Positions 26,993 to 35,661 of a stretch of 64,000 bases of DNA are shown one piece after another. The position numbers and the translations under genes are program-made. Position 1 is the first letter of the stretch. Each line of letters starts with the position of its first letter. This DNA is from an uncultured Chloroflexota bacterium (lineage in GTDB: Bacteria; Chloroflexota; Dehalococcoidia; GIF9; AB-539-J10), in contig CAISEW010000019.1 of the NCBI GenBank assembly GCA_903884455.1, positions 31,752-95,751 on the forward strand, in the 5' to 3' direction. The notes below the pieces were generated by a model. That model was not told where the DNA came from and made no database searches. It saw only the letters and a list, made by a program, of their open reading frames with translations.

Positions 26993-27928
26993 CTATTTAC
27001 GTGCTAGCTGTGCTATATCCTCAATTCCTGATATATTGAAAATTTGGAGTTCGGAATTGATTCGCCTGATTAAACCGCTAAGCACTCTCCCGGGACCTAT
27101 CTCATAAAAGGTGGTGACCCCACTGTGCATCATATATTCCACCGACCCTTGCCATTGGATACAATTGCGAAGTTGTTTCACTAATTCTTTTTTTATCGAA
27201 TCAACGTCGGTTAACGGCTGAGCGGTCACATTAGATATTACAGGAATGACTGGTGGTCGAAACCCAACGTTCGAGACGATTTTGCTGAATTCAGCTATGA
27301 CTGGCTCCATTAAGGCGGAATGAAAAGCCCCGCTAACCTTTAAAGGAATAAGAGCACGAGCCCCTCTTGTCTTGGCTAATTTATTAGCTTCAGCCAGAGC
27401 TTGGGTGGCACCACTAATCACAATCTGTCCAGGACAGTTTACATTGGAAATTTCGGTCCCACTATGAACGCTCACGTCTTTAACTGTTTCTTCATCCAGT
27501 CCTATTACAGCCAGCATGCTCCCAGGATTTTTTAGCCCAGCTTCATACATTAATCTCCCCCTTTCCCTGACAAGCAAAACAGCATCAGCTAAGCCCAGCA
27601 CACCAGCAGCCACCAGAGCAGTATATTCACCCAGACTATGTCCAGCAACAAAGGCAGGAGACGGAAAATCGCCGCGGCTGGCTTCTTGTAGCGCTTTAAG
27701 ACAGGCAATGCTGACAACTAGTATCGCTGGCTGGACGTTATGTGTCTTTGTCAATTCCTCCTCCGGACCTTCAAAGCATAAACGGGAGAGGGAAAAGCCT
27801 AAGGAAGCATCAGCTTCATCAAAGACTCCCTTGGCTACAGGATATTTGTTATACAGGTCCAACCCCATACCAGTGCTTTGGGAGCCCTGTCCTGGGAAAA
27901 CATAAGCTACCTTGGATAACTCAGCCAT
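26993..27928 (-). CDS. fabD: Malonyl-CoA:ACP transacylase
   Basis: FPGQGSQ, GHSLGEY active-site motif and VSGAFHS. Confidence 0.9.
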   Translation of the reverse strand: MAELSKVAYVFPGQGSQSTGMGLDLYNKYPVAKGVFDEADASLGFSLSRLCFEGPEEELTKTHNVQPAILVVSIACLKALQEASRGDFPSPAFVAGHSLGEYTALVAAGVLGLADAVLLVRERGRLMYEAGLKNPGSMLAVIGLDEETVKDVSVHSGTEISNVNCPGQIVISGATQALAEANKLAKTRGARALIPLKVSGAFHSALMEPVIAEFSKIVSNVGFRPPVIPVISNVTAQPLTDVDSIKKELVKQLRNCIQWQGSVEYMMHSGVTTFYEIGPGRVLSGLIRRINSELQIFNISGIEDIAQLARK

Positions 27929-27933
27929 ACGAA

Positions 27934-28125
27934 CTACTTCTTGGCGGGCTTGACTTCGATTACTTCTCTATCATTGTACCAGCCACAGGTAGGGCAAACA
28001 TGGTGAGCTAACTTAGGACTGTGGCAATGTGGGCACACATCCAGGGCCGGCGGAGTTAATTTAAGATGGCTGCGCCTTTTCCCCTGGCGTGCTTTAGCAG
28101 TTTTTTTCTTAGGTAGTGGTGCCAT
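27934..28125 (-). CDS. rpmF: 50S ribosomal protein L32
   Basis: 63 aa. KKKTAKARQGKRRSH, and CPHC...CPTCG zinc-ribbon form. Confidence 0.9.
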   Translation of the reverse strand: MAPLPKKKTAKARQGKRRSHLKLTPPALDVCPHCHSPKLAHHVCPTCGWYNDREVIEVKPAKK

Positions 28126-28567
28126 GTGAATTCGCCTCCTTCATTCCTGGGCAGTCCGGTCGACATAGGGGTTTCATGGGCAAATTTAACAATACATATT
28201 GCCGTATTAACTCGCCCAGGTCAAGTATATTTTTATCATCAATAGTAAACTCTTCCGATTGTTCCAACGAAGAGGGTGCTAAATCACCAGACACATCAGA
28301 TATCGGAAGAAATTCTTCCTCCGCAGTGAAACTTATAGGGCATAAGAATGCATCAAGGCAGCGACTACATATGAGTTTTACCTCAGCATTTAATTTGCAC
28401 TGGACAAAGACTCCCTTACTGATACGAATCACCTTTACCTTTCCTTCAACAAAACCTTCAACTTCCTCACCAATTATCCCACTTATATCATGGCTTTGGC
28501 TAGAGCCAACGGGCTCTTTCAGCAGATGAGTTACGTTTATCAAAGCTTTCAGAGGTTCTCTTTTCAT
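28109..28567 (-). CDS. YceD/DUF177-family protein
   Basis: 152 aa directly upstream of rpmF (the conserved yceD-rpmF pairing). CSRCLDAF ... CRPDCPG cysteine pairs. Confidence 0.8.
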   Translation of the reverse strand: MKREPLKALINVTHLLKEPVGSSQSHDISGIIGEEVEGFVEGKVKVIRISKGVFVQCKLNAEVKLICSRCLDAFLCPISFTAEEEFLPISDVSGDLAPSSLEQSEEFTIDDKNILDLGELIRQYVLLNLPMKPLCRPDCPGMKEANSHGTTT

Positions 28568-28669
28568 CTGCCATAACCTAGAAATTTAGACCAAGCACAA
28601 AGTATAATAACTATTCATAAGAGGTTCAAGTATTGGAAATAGAGAGTGATTATTTTATCACATCGAGCG

Positions 28670-28730
28670 GAATTAGATTCTTCTCTTCGCTCAGAATGAC
28701 AAGAGGCGAAGGGTTAAGGGTCAAAATGAC
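28670..28730 (-). repeat. Two tandem units of the GTCATT dispersed repeat (CT subtype)
   Basis: Minus strand: gtcattttgacccttaacccttcgcctctt + gtcattctgagcgaagagaagaatct. The second unit matches the copy at 33753 at 25 of 26 positions. Confidence 0.7.
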
Positions 28731-28751
28731 AGAAGGGAGTGCTAAACAACT

Positions 28752-29918
28752 TTGGAGATAGAAAAACTGAAGCTAAAGATAAAAGCTAGCGTCAAATCAC
28801 AAAGACAGCAGCTTATCCAGTTGAGCCTGAATATCCATGATAACCCGGAGTTGGGCTTTAAGGAAGAGAAGGCGTCGACTTGGCTTGCTAACTATCTTGA
28901 AGAGAGTGGATTTCATGTAGAACGAGGCATTGCCAGCCTGGCTACAGCCTTTCGCGCGACATATGGCCAAGTGAGCCCAAGAATTGCCTTGCTTGCTGAA
29001 TATGATGCTTTACCCAAAATAGGACATGGCTGTGGGCATAATATTATAGGTGTTTCAGCAGTTGGGGCTGCTGTGGCTAGTAAGTCTATCATTGACCAAC
29101 TAGGAGGCAGCATTGTAGTTATGGGCACTCCAGGAGAGGAAGGCCTGGGTGGCAAGATAGACATGGTGAAAGCAGGAGCTTTTAAGGAAATAGATGTGGC
29201 TATGCTGGTACATCCTAATACCAGGAACATGCCCACCGAAGAGGCACTTGCCTGCAGCACCTTGGAAGTGGAGTTTTTTGGCCGGCCAGCTCACGCTGCT
29301 GGTCAACCTCACAGGGGTATAAACGCTCTTGACGCAACGATTTTGGCTTTCACCTCGATAAATTCGCTGCGCCAGCACATAAGAGGGGATGCGCGTATCC
29401 ATGGCATAATCACTGACGGAGGTGAAGTGCCCAACATAGTGCCTGCTCACAGCGCTGCTGTGTTTTTGGTACGTGCTCTAGATTATGATTATCTTGCTGA
29501 GTTGAAGGACAAGGTTTTGAACTGTTTTACAGGAGCATCTATAGCTAGTGGAGCAAGATTAGAATATAGGTGGAGAGATAGGATTTATGCTCCGATGAAA
29601 AACAATATGACTTTAGCCGGGCTATTTAGGCAAAATTTAGAATCGCTGAGACGCCAAGTAGAAGCCTTTGACCCTCACTTTGGACTGGGCAGCACCGATA
29701 TGGGAAATGTCAGCCAAGTGGTGCCCAGTATACATGCCACAATCGCTATTGCTCCCTCTGAGGTATTGATACATACACCGGAGTTTGCTGCCGCAGCTGC
29801 CTCGCAAGCAGGACACAAAGGCTTACTGGATGCAGCCAGGGCAATGGCAATGACTGTGGCTGATATACTCCAGCCAGGAACGATTGATAAGATTAGGCAA
29901 GAGTTCCACCGTGGTTAG
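28752..29918 (+). CDS. M20-family amidohydrolase/peptidase (AbgB-like)
   Basis: 388 aa. HGCGHNIIG metal-binding motif, GTPGEE, and M20D-like dimerisation-domain sequence. TTG start. Confidence 0.8.
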   Translation: MEIEKLKLKIKASVKSQRQQLIQLSLNIHDNPELGFKEEKASTWLANYLEESGFHVERGIASLATAFRATYGQVSPRIALLAEYDALPKIGHGCGHNIIGVSAVGAAVASKSIIDQLGGSIVVMGTPGEEGLGGKIDMVKAGAFKEIDVAMLVHPNTRNMPTEEALACSTLEVEFFGRPAHAAGQPHRGINALDATILAFTSINSLRQHIRGDARIHGIITDGGEVPNIVPAHSAAVFLVRALDYDYLAELKDKVLNCFTGASIASGARLEYRWRDRIYAPMKNNMTLAGLFRQNLESLRRQVEAFDPHFGLGSTDMGNVSQVVPSIHATIAIAPSEVLIHTPEFAAAAASQAGHKGLLDAARAMAMTVADILQPGTIDKIRQEFHRG

Positions 29919-29977
29919 GGTAGGCATTTCCAATCCAAAGGCAAAAGTCGATGGTATAATTAAGGTAGAGGGACGCT

Positions 29978-30958
29978 GTGATTTTTGGGAGGGAGCAGCC
30001 ACAAGTTAAAGTAATGTCATTGCGAGTGAAACGAAGCAATCCTAACAAGAGTTATCAAGTAGTCATCATCGGTGGCGGACCGGCGGGACTCACTGCCGGG
30101 CTATATTGCGCCCGCTCGCGGTTTAATACTCTGCTTATCGAAAAGGGTGTAATTGGCGGGCAAATAACCAACGCTGAGCAAGTGGAGAATTACCCTGGCT
30201 TTCCCCAGGGTATCTCGGGCATTGAGTTAGGACAACTTATCCAGAAGCAAGCCACTAGCTATGGATTGGAAACCTTGCTTGCCGAGGTTACCAAAGTGGT
30301 GCCCAGCCCAAGGCATAATCTGGTCAGCACCAGCGAAGGCGATTTTGTCGCTGAGTCGATAATCATCGCCTCCGGCTCACAATTTCGCAAACTAGGCGTG
30401 CCTGGGGAAGATAAATTTGTGGGCAAGGGAGTTTCCTATTGTGCTACCTGTGACGGCCCTTTATTTAAAGGTAAAATAGTGGCTGTAATAGGTGGGGGCG
30501 ATGCTGCTGTCACTGAAGCTCTTTACCTGAGCAAATTTGCTTCCTCGGTTAAGGTCATTCACCGTCGCAGCCAGCTTCGAGCCGGCAAGATATTTCAGGA
30601 AAGGGCTATGGCCGAACCCAAGATAGAGTTTATTTGGGATACTGTAGTAACCCAAATTGAAGGCGCTGGGGTAGTTAAGCAAATCATGCTAAAAAACACC
30701 AAAAATGCTAAAATATCAATATTAGAGCTAGCAGGTGTTTTTGTGGCTATCGGCTCAGAGCCCAATAGTGCCCAGTGGCGGGGATTGCTGCCTTTAGACG
30801 AAGAAGGCTACATAATCACCAATGAACTCATGAAAACGAAGATTCCCGGAATATTTGCTGCTGGAGATGTCCGCCATAATTCAGCCAGACAGGCGATAAC
30901 TGCTGCTGGAGATGGCGCTAATGCTGCTATATCAGCAGCGAGATTTTTGTCATTCTGA
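29978..30958 (+). CDS. trxB: Thioredoxin-disulfide reductase; start uncertain (GTG 29978, ATG 30014 or GTG 30026)
   Basis: [11 protein letters not shown], redox-active [18 protein letters not shown] and GDVRH. The N-terminal ~20 codons are encoded by a dispersed repeat. Confidence 0.85.
   Translation: MIFGREQPQVKVMSLRVKRSNPNKSYQVVIIGGGPAGLTAGLYCARSRFNTLLIEKGVIGGQITNAEQVENYPGFPQGISGIELGQLIQKQATSYGLETLLAEVTKVVPSPRHNLVSTSEGDFVAESIIIASGSQFRKLGVPGEDKFVGKGVSYCATCDGPLFKGKIVAVIGGGDAAVTEALYLSKFASSVKVIHRRSQLRAGKIFQERAMAEPKIEFIWDTVVTQIEGAGVVKQIMLKNTKNAKISILELAGVFVAIGSEPNSAQWRGLLPLDEEGYIITNELMKTKIPGIFAAGDVRHNSARQAITAAGDGANAAISAARFLSF
30016..30042 (+). repeat. GTCATT dispersed repeat (GC subtype) inside the 5' end of the trxB ORF
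   Basis: gtcattgcgagtgaaacgaagcaatcc. It translates as (M)SLRVKRSNP in the trxB frame. Confidence 0.7.
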
Positions 30959-30973
30959 GCGAGGTGAGAAATT
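30949..30973 (+). repeat. GTCATT dispersed repeat (CT subtype) spanning the trxB stop codon and the rplI RBS
   Basis: gtcattctgagcgaggtgagaaatt. The TGA of gtcatTCTGAg is the trxB stop, and GAGGTGAG serves as the SD for rplI. Confidence 0.7.
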
Positions 30974-30975
30974 TT

Positions 30976-31497
30976 ATGAAAGTTGTTTTCCTAGAAGACG
31001 TCCCCGGAAAGGGCAAGGCTGGAGAGATAAAGGAGGTGAGCAAAGGTTATGCCAAGAATTTCCTTTTGCCTCGGGGTTTAGCTTTGGTAGCCACCCCTAC
31101 GGTCATTAAGCAAGTAGAGTCCAGGCTGGAGAGGGAGAAGCTTGAGGGAAGTGTTGACCGGGAGAAACTAGTTGAACTGGCTCAGCAAATTGAGGGAAAG
31201 GAAATTCGCCTTAAAGCTCGCATAGGTGCCGGAGAGCGCTTGTTTGGCTCTATTACCGCTGCCGACGTCGCTGGAGAATTAAGTCGGGCCATAGGTTCTG
31301 TTATTGATAAAAGGAAGATAGACATAGAGAAACCTTTCCGCCAAACAGGTAGCTATGAAGTAGCCATCAAGTTAGCCAGCGACATTAAGCCGAAAATTAC
31401 GGTGGTCATCGAGGAGGAAGAGAAAGAGGCAGAGCCAGAGAAAAAGAAGGAAAGAAAGAAAAAGAACGAGAACAAGAAGGAAGAGGATAAAGAGTAG
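30976..31497 (+). CDS. rplI: 50S ribosomal protein L9
   Basis: [36 protein letters not shown], with a Lys/Glu-rich C-terminal extension. ATG lies 7 nt after GAGGTGAG. Confidence 0.9.
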   Translation: MKVVFLEDVPGKGKAGEIKEVSKGYAKNFLLPRGLALVATPTVIKQVESRLEREKLEGSVDREKLVELAQQIEGKEIRLKARIGAGERLFGSITAADVAGELSRAIGSVIDKRKIDIEKPFRQTGSYEVAIKLASDIKPKITVVIEEEEKEAEPEKKKERKKKNENKKEEDKE

Positions 31498-31499
31498 GC

Positions 31500-32879
31500 A
31501 TGGCCGAGGAAAAATTACCACCCCATGATATTGAAGCCGAAGAGGCAGTAATCGGGTCTCTGCTTATTGACCCTGAGGCCATATTGAAAATTGCTGCTTC
31601 CCTCAAGCCCGAGGATTTTTTTTCAGAAACAAATCGGGTAATCTACCAAGCTTGTTTCTCTCTTTATCAACGTCCTAATGAAGTCATAAATCAGATTACA
31701 GTGGCTCATGAGCTAATGCGTCAGGACAAGCTGGAGCAAATTGGTGGTGCTTCCTTCTTAAGCCATTTAATAAGTAATGTGCCCACATCCCTCCATGTTG
31801 AATATTATGCTCAAATAGTATCCAATACAGCAGTGATGCGGCGGCTGATCGCCGCCGCTGGGCAAATCGCGGCCCTTGGCTACGAAGCCAGCCCAGATGT
31901 TGAGGCTAGCCTCAATGACGCTGAAGATATCCTGTTTAAAGTGCGAGCCAGACAGGGTCTTCGAGGCCTTGTTCCCATTCGTGAGCTTCTGGGTCAATAT
32001 TTTGAGGGAGGTGGGCCGGCTACTGCGCTTAGGGCAGGTGAAATACCTCACATTCTAACTGGTTTTACTGCCTTAGATGATTTTCTAGGAGGATTACAGA
32101 GGACTGACTTAATCGTTCTAGCCGCCAAAACCAGTCTGGGTAAGACCAGTTTAGCCCTAAATGTCGCTAGGAATACCGCTATTAACCAGAAGGCTTGTAT
32201 TGCGTTATTCAGTTTGGAGATGTCTCGAGACGCGGTAGTACAGAGGCTTCTAGCCAGCGAATCCGGGGTAGATTCTACCAAGGTTCGCCTTTGGCACTTT
32301 AGTGAGAAGGATGAGACAAAAATCATGCAAGCCAGCGGCGTTTTATCTGAGGCACCCATCTATGTTGATGATTCTCCCATGCTTCGGGTGGCAGATATAA
32401 GGAGCAAGGCACGGCGACTTCATTTTGAACGCGGCATCAACCTGATCATCGTGGATTATCTGCAACTGATACAAGGCGATGGCAAGAATGAAACACGAGT
32501 CCAGGAGATCAGTAACATAACTCGTGCCCTAAAGACTTTAGCCCGGGAACTGAATGTGCCTATCTTAGCCCTATCACAACTCAGTCGGGCTATAGAAGCG
32601 CGTCCCTCTCATGTACCTCAGCTTTCTGACCTGCGCGAATCTGGTAGCATTGAGCAGGATGCTGACGTGGTTATTTTCATTCACCGAGAAGATCTGAATT
32701 GTTCTCCGGAAGATTGGAGCAAGCTGCATGATATTGAGAGGGAACCTTATCCCCGCGGCATCGCTGATATTTATATAGCCAAACACCGCAATGGTCCTTT
32801 AGGACAAATCAAGCTGCGCTTCCTGGAAAGGATTGCCAAATTTGATAATGTAGAGGCTGAGCTGATTTCTGCCTCTTAA
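31500..32879 (+). CDS. dnaB: Replicative DNA helicase DnaB
   Basis: 459 aa. PPHDIEAEEAVIGSLL N-terminus, Walker A AAKTSLGKTS, Walker B IIVDYLQL and SQLSR. Confidence 0.95.
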   Translation: MAEEKLPPHDIEAEEAVIGSLLIDPEAILKIAASLKPEDFFSETNRVIYQACFSLYQRPNEVINQITVAHELMRQDKLEQIGGASFLSHLISNVPTSLHVEYYAQIVSNTAVMRRLIAAAGQIAALGYEASPDVEASLNDAEDILFKVRARQGLRGLVPIRELLGQYFEGGGPATALRAGEIPHILTGFTALDDFLGGLQRTDLIVLAAKTSLGKTSLALNVARNTAINQKACIALFSLEMSRDAVVQRLLASESGVDSTKVRLWHFSEKDETKIMQASGVLSEAPIYVDDSPMLRVADIRSKARRLHFERGINLIIVDYLQLIQGDGKNETRVQEISNITRALKTLARELNVPILALSQLSRAIEARPSHVPQLSDLRESGSIEQDADVVIFIHREDLNCSPEDWSKLHDIEREPYPRGIADIYIAKHRNGPLGQIKLRFLERIAKFDNVEAELISAS

Positions 32880-32889
32880 GGGTGAAAAA

Positions 32890-33516
32890 ATGCCTGACCG
32901 GCAATTATCAAGCTCTCAAAGGGCAACAGATTTTATCTCCTTGCCTGACTCTTTCTTTACCCAGGCGGTGCCTAAAATTCAAGACCTGGCTGAACTTAAA
33001 GTAGTGTTGTATGTGGCTTATCTTATCCTGCGAAAGCAAGATCACCCTCAATTTGTTACTTCCAAAGAACTGAAAGCTGAAAGCTGTCGGCTGTCAGCCG
33101 GGTTAGGCGAGGAGACACTTCGCCAGGCTTTGAACTCCGCTGTAGAGCACGGTACTCTATTACACTCGACCTTAAATATAAATGGCATGCTCGAGGATAT
33201 TTACTCTCTGACCGCTGAGAGCCGTCAGCCGCCGACTATCAATATTTTTGCCCTCTATGAGCAGAATATCGGCATGATAACGCCCATGATTGCTGAAGAA
33301 CTTAAGGAAGCAGAGAGGATTTATCCACCCCAGTGGATTGAAGAAGCCTTTAAGGAAGCAGTTACGCTGAATAAACGCAGTTGGAAATATATCGCCCACA
33401 TCCTGGAAAGATGGGCTAGCGAAGGTAAAGACAGTGGAGAGTATAGGAGAGACATTAAAAAGGATGGCCCAGACAAATATATCAAGGGCCGATACGGACA
33501 CCTCGTCAAAAGATAA
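32890..33516 (+). CDS. DnaD-domain replication protein
   Basis: 208 aa. C-terminal IFALYEQNIGMITPMIAEELKEAE...WIEEAFKEAV...KRSWKYIAHILERW matches the DnaD/DnaB_2 C-terminal repeat. Confidence 0.7.
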   Translation: MPDRQLSSSQRATDFISLPDSFFTQAVPKIQDLAELKVVLYVAYLILRKQDHPQFVTSKELKAESCRLSAGLGEETLRQALNSAVEHGTLLHSTLNINGMLEDIYSLTAESRQPPTINIFALYEQNIGMITPMIAEELKEAERIYPPQWIEEAFKEAVTLNKRSWKYIAHILERWASEGKDSGEYRRDIKKDGPDKYIKGRYGHLVKR

Positions 33517-34837
33517 CGTTCCGCTTCCCTTGGAAGAAAGCGCAGGTGAAATCTGCCCTATTTGCAAAGGGGCGGGCTTTGTTCATCCTGCTCTAGATTC
33601 AGGGAAAGTTGATTTCAGCCGGGTGGTACCCTGTCGCTGCAGTAAAGGGGAGCTGAGAAAGAAAAAAACAGAATATCTTGAGAAATACAGCAATTTAGGT
33701 TCTCTGTCGCAGCTTACCTTTGACAATTTATCTCCTAAAGGAAAACCTACCCGTCATTCTGAGCGAAGCGAAGAATCTCAAGAGCACTTTGCTCAGGTTT
33801 ACCAGGCTGCCAAAGTCTTTGCTGATAATCCCCAGGGTTGGCTGGTATTTTTAGGTCCCAGCGGCTCTGGTAAAACACACCTGGCTTGTGCTATTGCCAA
33901 TCATCGTCTCAGCTCAGGGGAGCCTGTATTTTACATCGGCGCTGCTGACCTCCTGGACCACCTCCGCTCCGCTTTCAGCCCCACAAGCGACACCACTTAT
34001 GACGAGCTGTTTGAGCAAGTAAAGAATGTGCCTCTATTAGTGCTTGATGACCTTACTCCGGGAAGCGCTACTACCTGGTCTAAAGAGAAGCTAGAGCAAC
34101 TCCTTCAGCATCGCTTCAATACCAGACTGACCACGGTAATCACCGCCGATGTACCGCTAGAAAGACTGGATGAACGCTTACGCGGCCACCTTGCCAATAA
34201 TGAATCCTGCCAGGTATGGACGATTGAACCAGCATCGCCCTTGGAATCCCGAGGTGGCTTAGAGTTAGAGCTATTACGAAGTATGACCTTTGATAATTTT
34301 GACCACAAGAGGATGGAACTTCCCCTGGAACAGCGGCAAAATCTGCGCCAGGCTTTCAACCTAGCAGTAGAATTCGCTCGCTCACCAGAGGGTTGGCTAA
34401 TATTTCAAGGCGTTAATGGCTGTGGTAAGACTCATCTGGCAGCAGCTATCGCTAATTATCGGCTGGCGCAAGGAAAACCAGCCTTCTTTGTGGTTGTCCC
34501 CGACCTTCTGGACCATTTACGTTCTACATTCAGTCCGGATAGCAAAATATCCTATGACGAATTTTCTGAGAAGCTTAAAGAAACTCCGTTGCTGATACTC
34601 GATGACTTCGGGGAACAATCGGCCACGCCCTGGGCTCAGGAAAAGCTATATCAATTGATAAACTACAGGTATAATGCCAGGTTACCAATGGTGGTCACTA
34701 CATGTCTCTCTTTAGACGAGATTGAAACACGAATCAGTTCACGAATGGTGGACCCGATGATAAGCTTGGTATTCAACATCACCGCTCCTGATTATCGGGG
34801 CAATGTAAAACCGACACGGCAAGCTAAACGCTACTAA
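33464..34837 (+). CDS. Tandem-duplicated DnaC/DnaI-like AAA+ helicase-loader protein with N-terminal Cys4 element
   Basis: CPICKGAGF...PCRC. Two collinear AAA+ halves: GPSGSGKTHLACAIANHRL ... LLVLDD, and GVNGCGKTHLAAAIANYRL ... LLILDD. Start is ATG 33464 or GTG 33434; both overlap the DnaD-domain gene. Confidence 0.75.
   Translation: MAQTNISRADTDTSSKDNVPLPLEESAGEICPICKGAGFVHPALDSGKVDFSRVVPCRCSKGELRKKKTEYLEKYSNLGSLSQLTFDNLSPKGKPTRHSERSEESQEHFAQVYQAAKVFADNPQGWLVFLGPSGSGKTHLACAIANHRLSSGEPVFYIGAADLLDHLRSAFSPTSDTTYDELFEQVKNVPLLVLDDLTPGSATTWSKEKLEQLLQHRFNTRLTTVITADVPLERLDERLRGHLANNESCQVWTIEPASPLESRGGLELELLRSMTFDNFDHKRMELPLEQRQNLRQAFNLAVEFARSPEGWLIFQGVNGCGKTHLAAAIANYRLAQGKPAFFVVVPDLLDHLRSTFSPDSKISYDEFSEKLKETPLLILDDFGEQSATPWAQEKLYQLINYRYNARLPMVVTTCLSLDEIETRISSRMVDPMISLVFNITAPDYRGNVKPTRQAKRY
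33753..33779 (+). repeat. GTCATT dispersed repeat (CT subtype) in frame inside the DnaC-like ORF
   Basis: gtcattctgagcgaagcgaagaatctc. It translates as RHSERSEES in the linker between the Cys4 element and the first AAA+ half. Confidence 0.75.
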
Positions 34838-35061
34838 GCTAAGCACTTCATAATTATCCTCTGCTCTTGGCTCGTTGGAGGAAAAAGTATCGCCACCATA
34901 ATCGTCATCGACACTCAAATCCTCATTATTTCCATTGGCTTTCCTCGCCCCCTTAATCAGCTTCCATCCTTGAGAAGAAATAAGAACCTATTCAAATAAG
35001 ATATGGTCTATCTCAACAAGATTACCGAACATCTTGGTTAGATTGTCAGCTACTATTGCCT

Positions 35062-35646
35062 TCATTCTCCGTCTCTACTTCCACGAACAAGTTCTTGACC
35101 AAGGCGAAATGCATCCTCGAGAGCCATAGGATGCTCCCCAATTTGAGCTTTGTTATCAATTCCCCTGACTAATAAATCACCAGAATATTTCACACCTATA
35201 GCATCAAAGAAATACTTCACCGTGAGCACTGCGCCATCAAAAAGCTTTTTACCTCGAGTAGCGCCTACCGAAATAAACACCCCCCTCCGCACTCGCTTGT
35301 CTTCCTTGCCCATGCCCAGCACGTGTCTCCTTACCCAAAGCGCCTGACATCTATCTATTACGGCCTTCGCCTGGCTGGTAATACCATAGAAGAATATCGG
35401 TGAGGCAAAAATGACGTGGTCTGCTTCCAGAAGCTTCTTGTAGAGCGATTGCATATCATCCCTAATGGCGCAATTGCCATCCTTGCGACAGGCATATATT
35501 TCCAGGCATGGTGAGATTTTGAGCTTGGAGACCAGCACCTTTTCGACCTCGGCTCCGGCCTTCCTGGCACCTTCCAGCGCTTTGTCAAGAAGGATTTCGG
35601 TATTGCTTTGCCTTCTCGGGCTGCCCATAATGCCTAATACTTTCAT
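35062..35646 (-). CDS. Flavodoxin-fold NAD(P)H-dependent FMN reductase / iron-sulfur flavoprotein-like
   Basis: 194 aa. MGSPRRQSNT FMN-binding N-terminus and a Cys cluster PCLEIYACRKDGNC, as in Isf-type proteins. Confidence 0.7.
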   Translation of the reverse strand: MKVLGIMGSPRRQSNTEILLDKALEGARKAGAEVEKVLVSKLKISPCLEIYACRKDGNCAIRDDMQSLYKKLLEADHVIFASPIFFYGITSQAKAVIDRCQALWVRRHVLGMGKEDKRVRRGVFISVGATRGKKLFDGAVLTVKYFFDAIGVKYSGDLLVRGIDNKAQIGEHPMALEDAFRLGQELVRGSRDGE

Positions 35647-35661
35647 ATTATCTTATTATCC

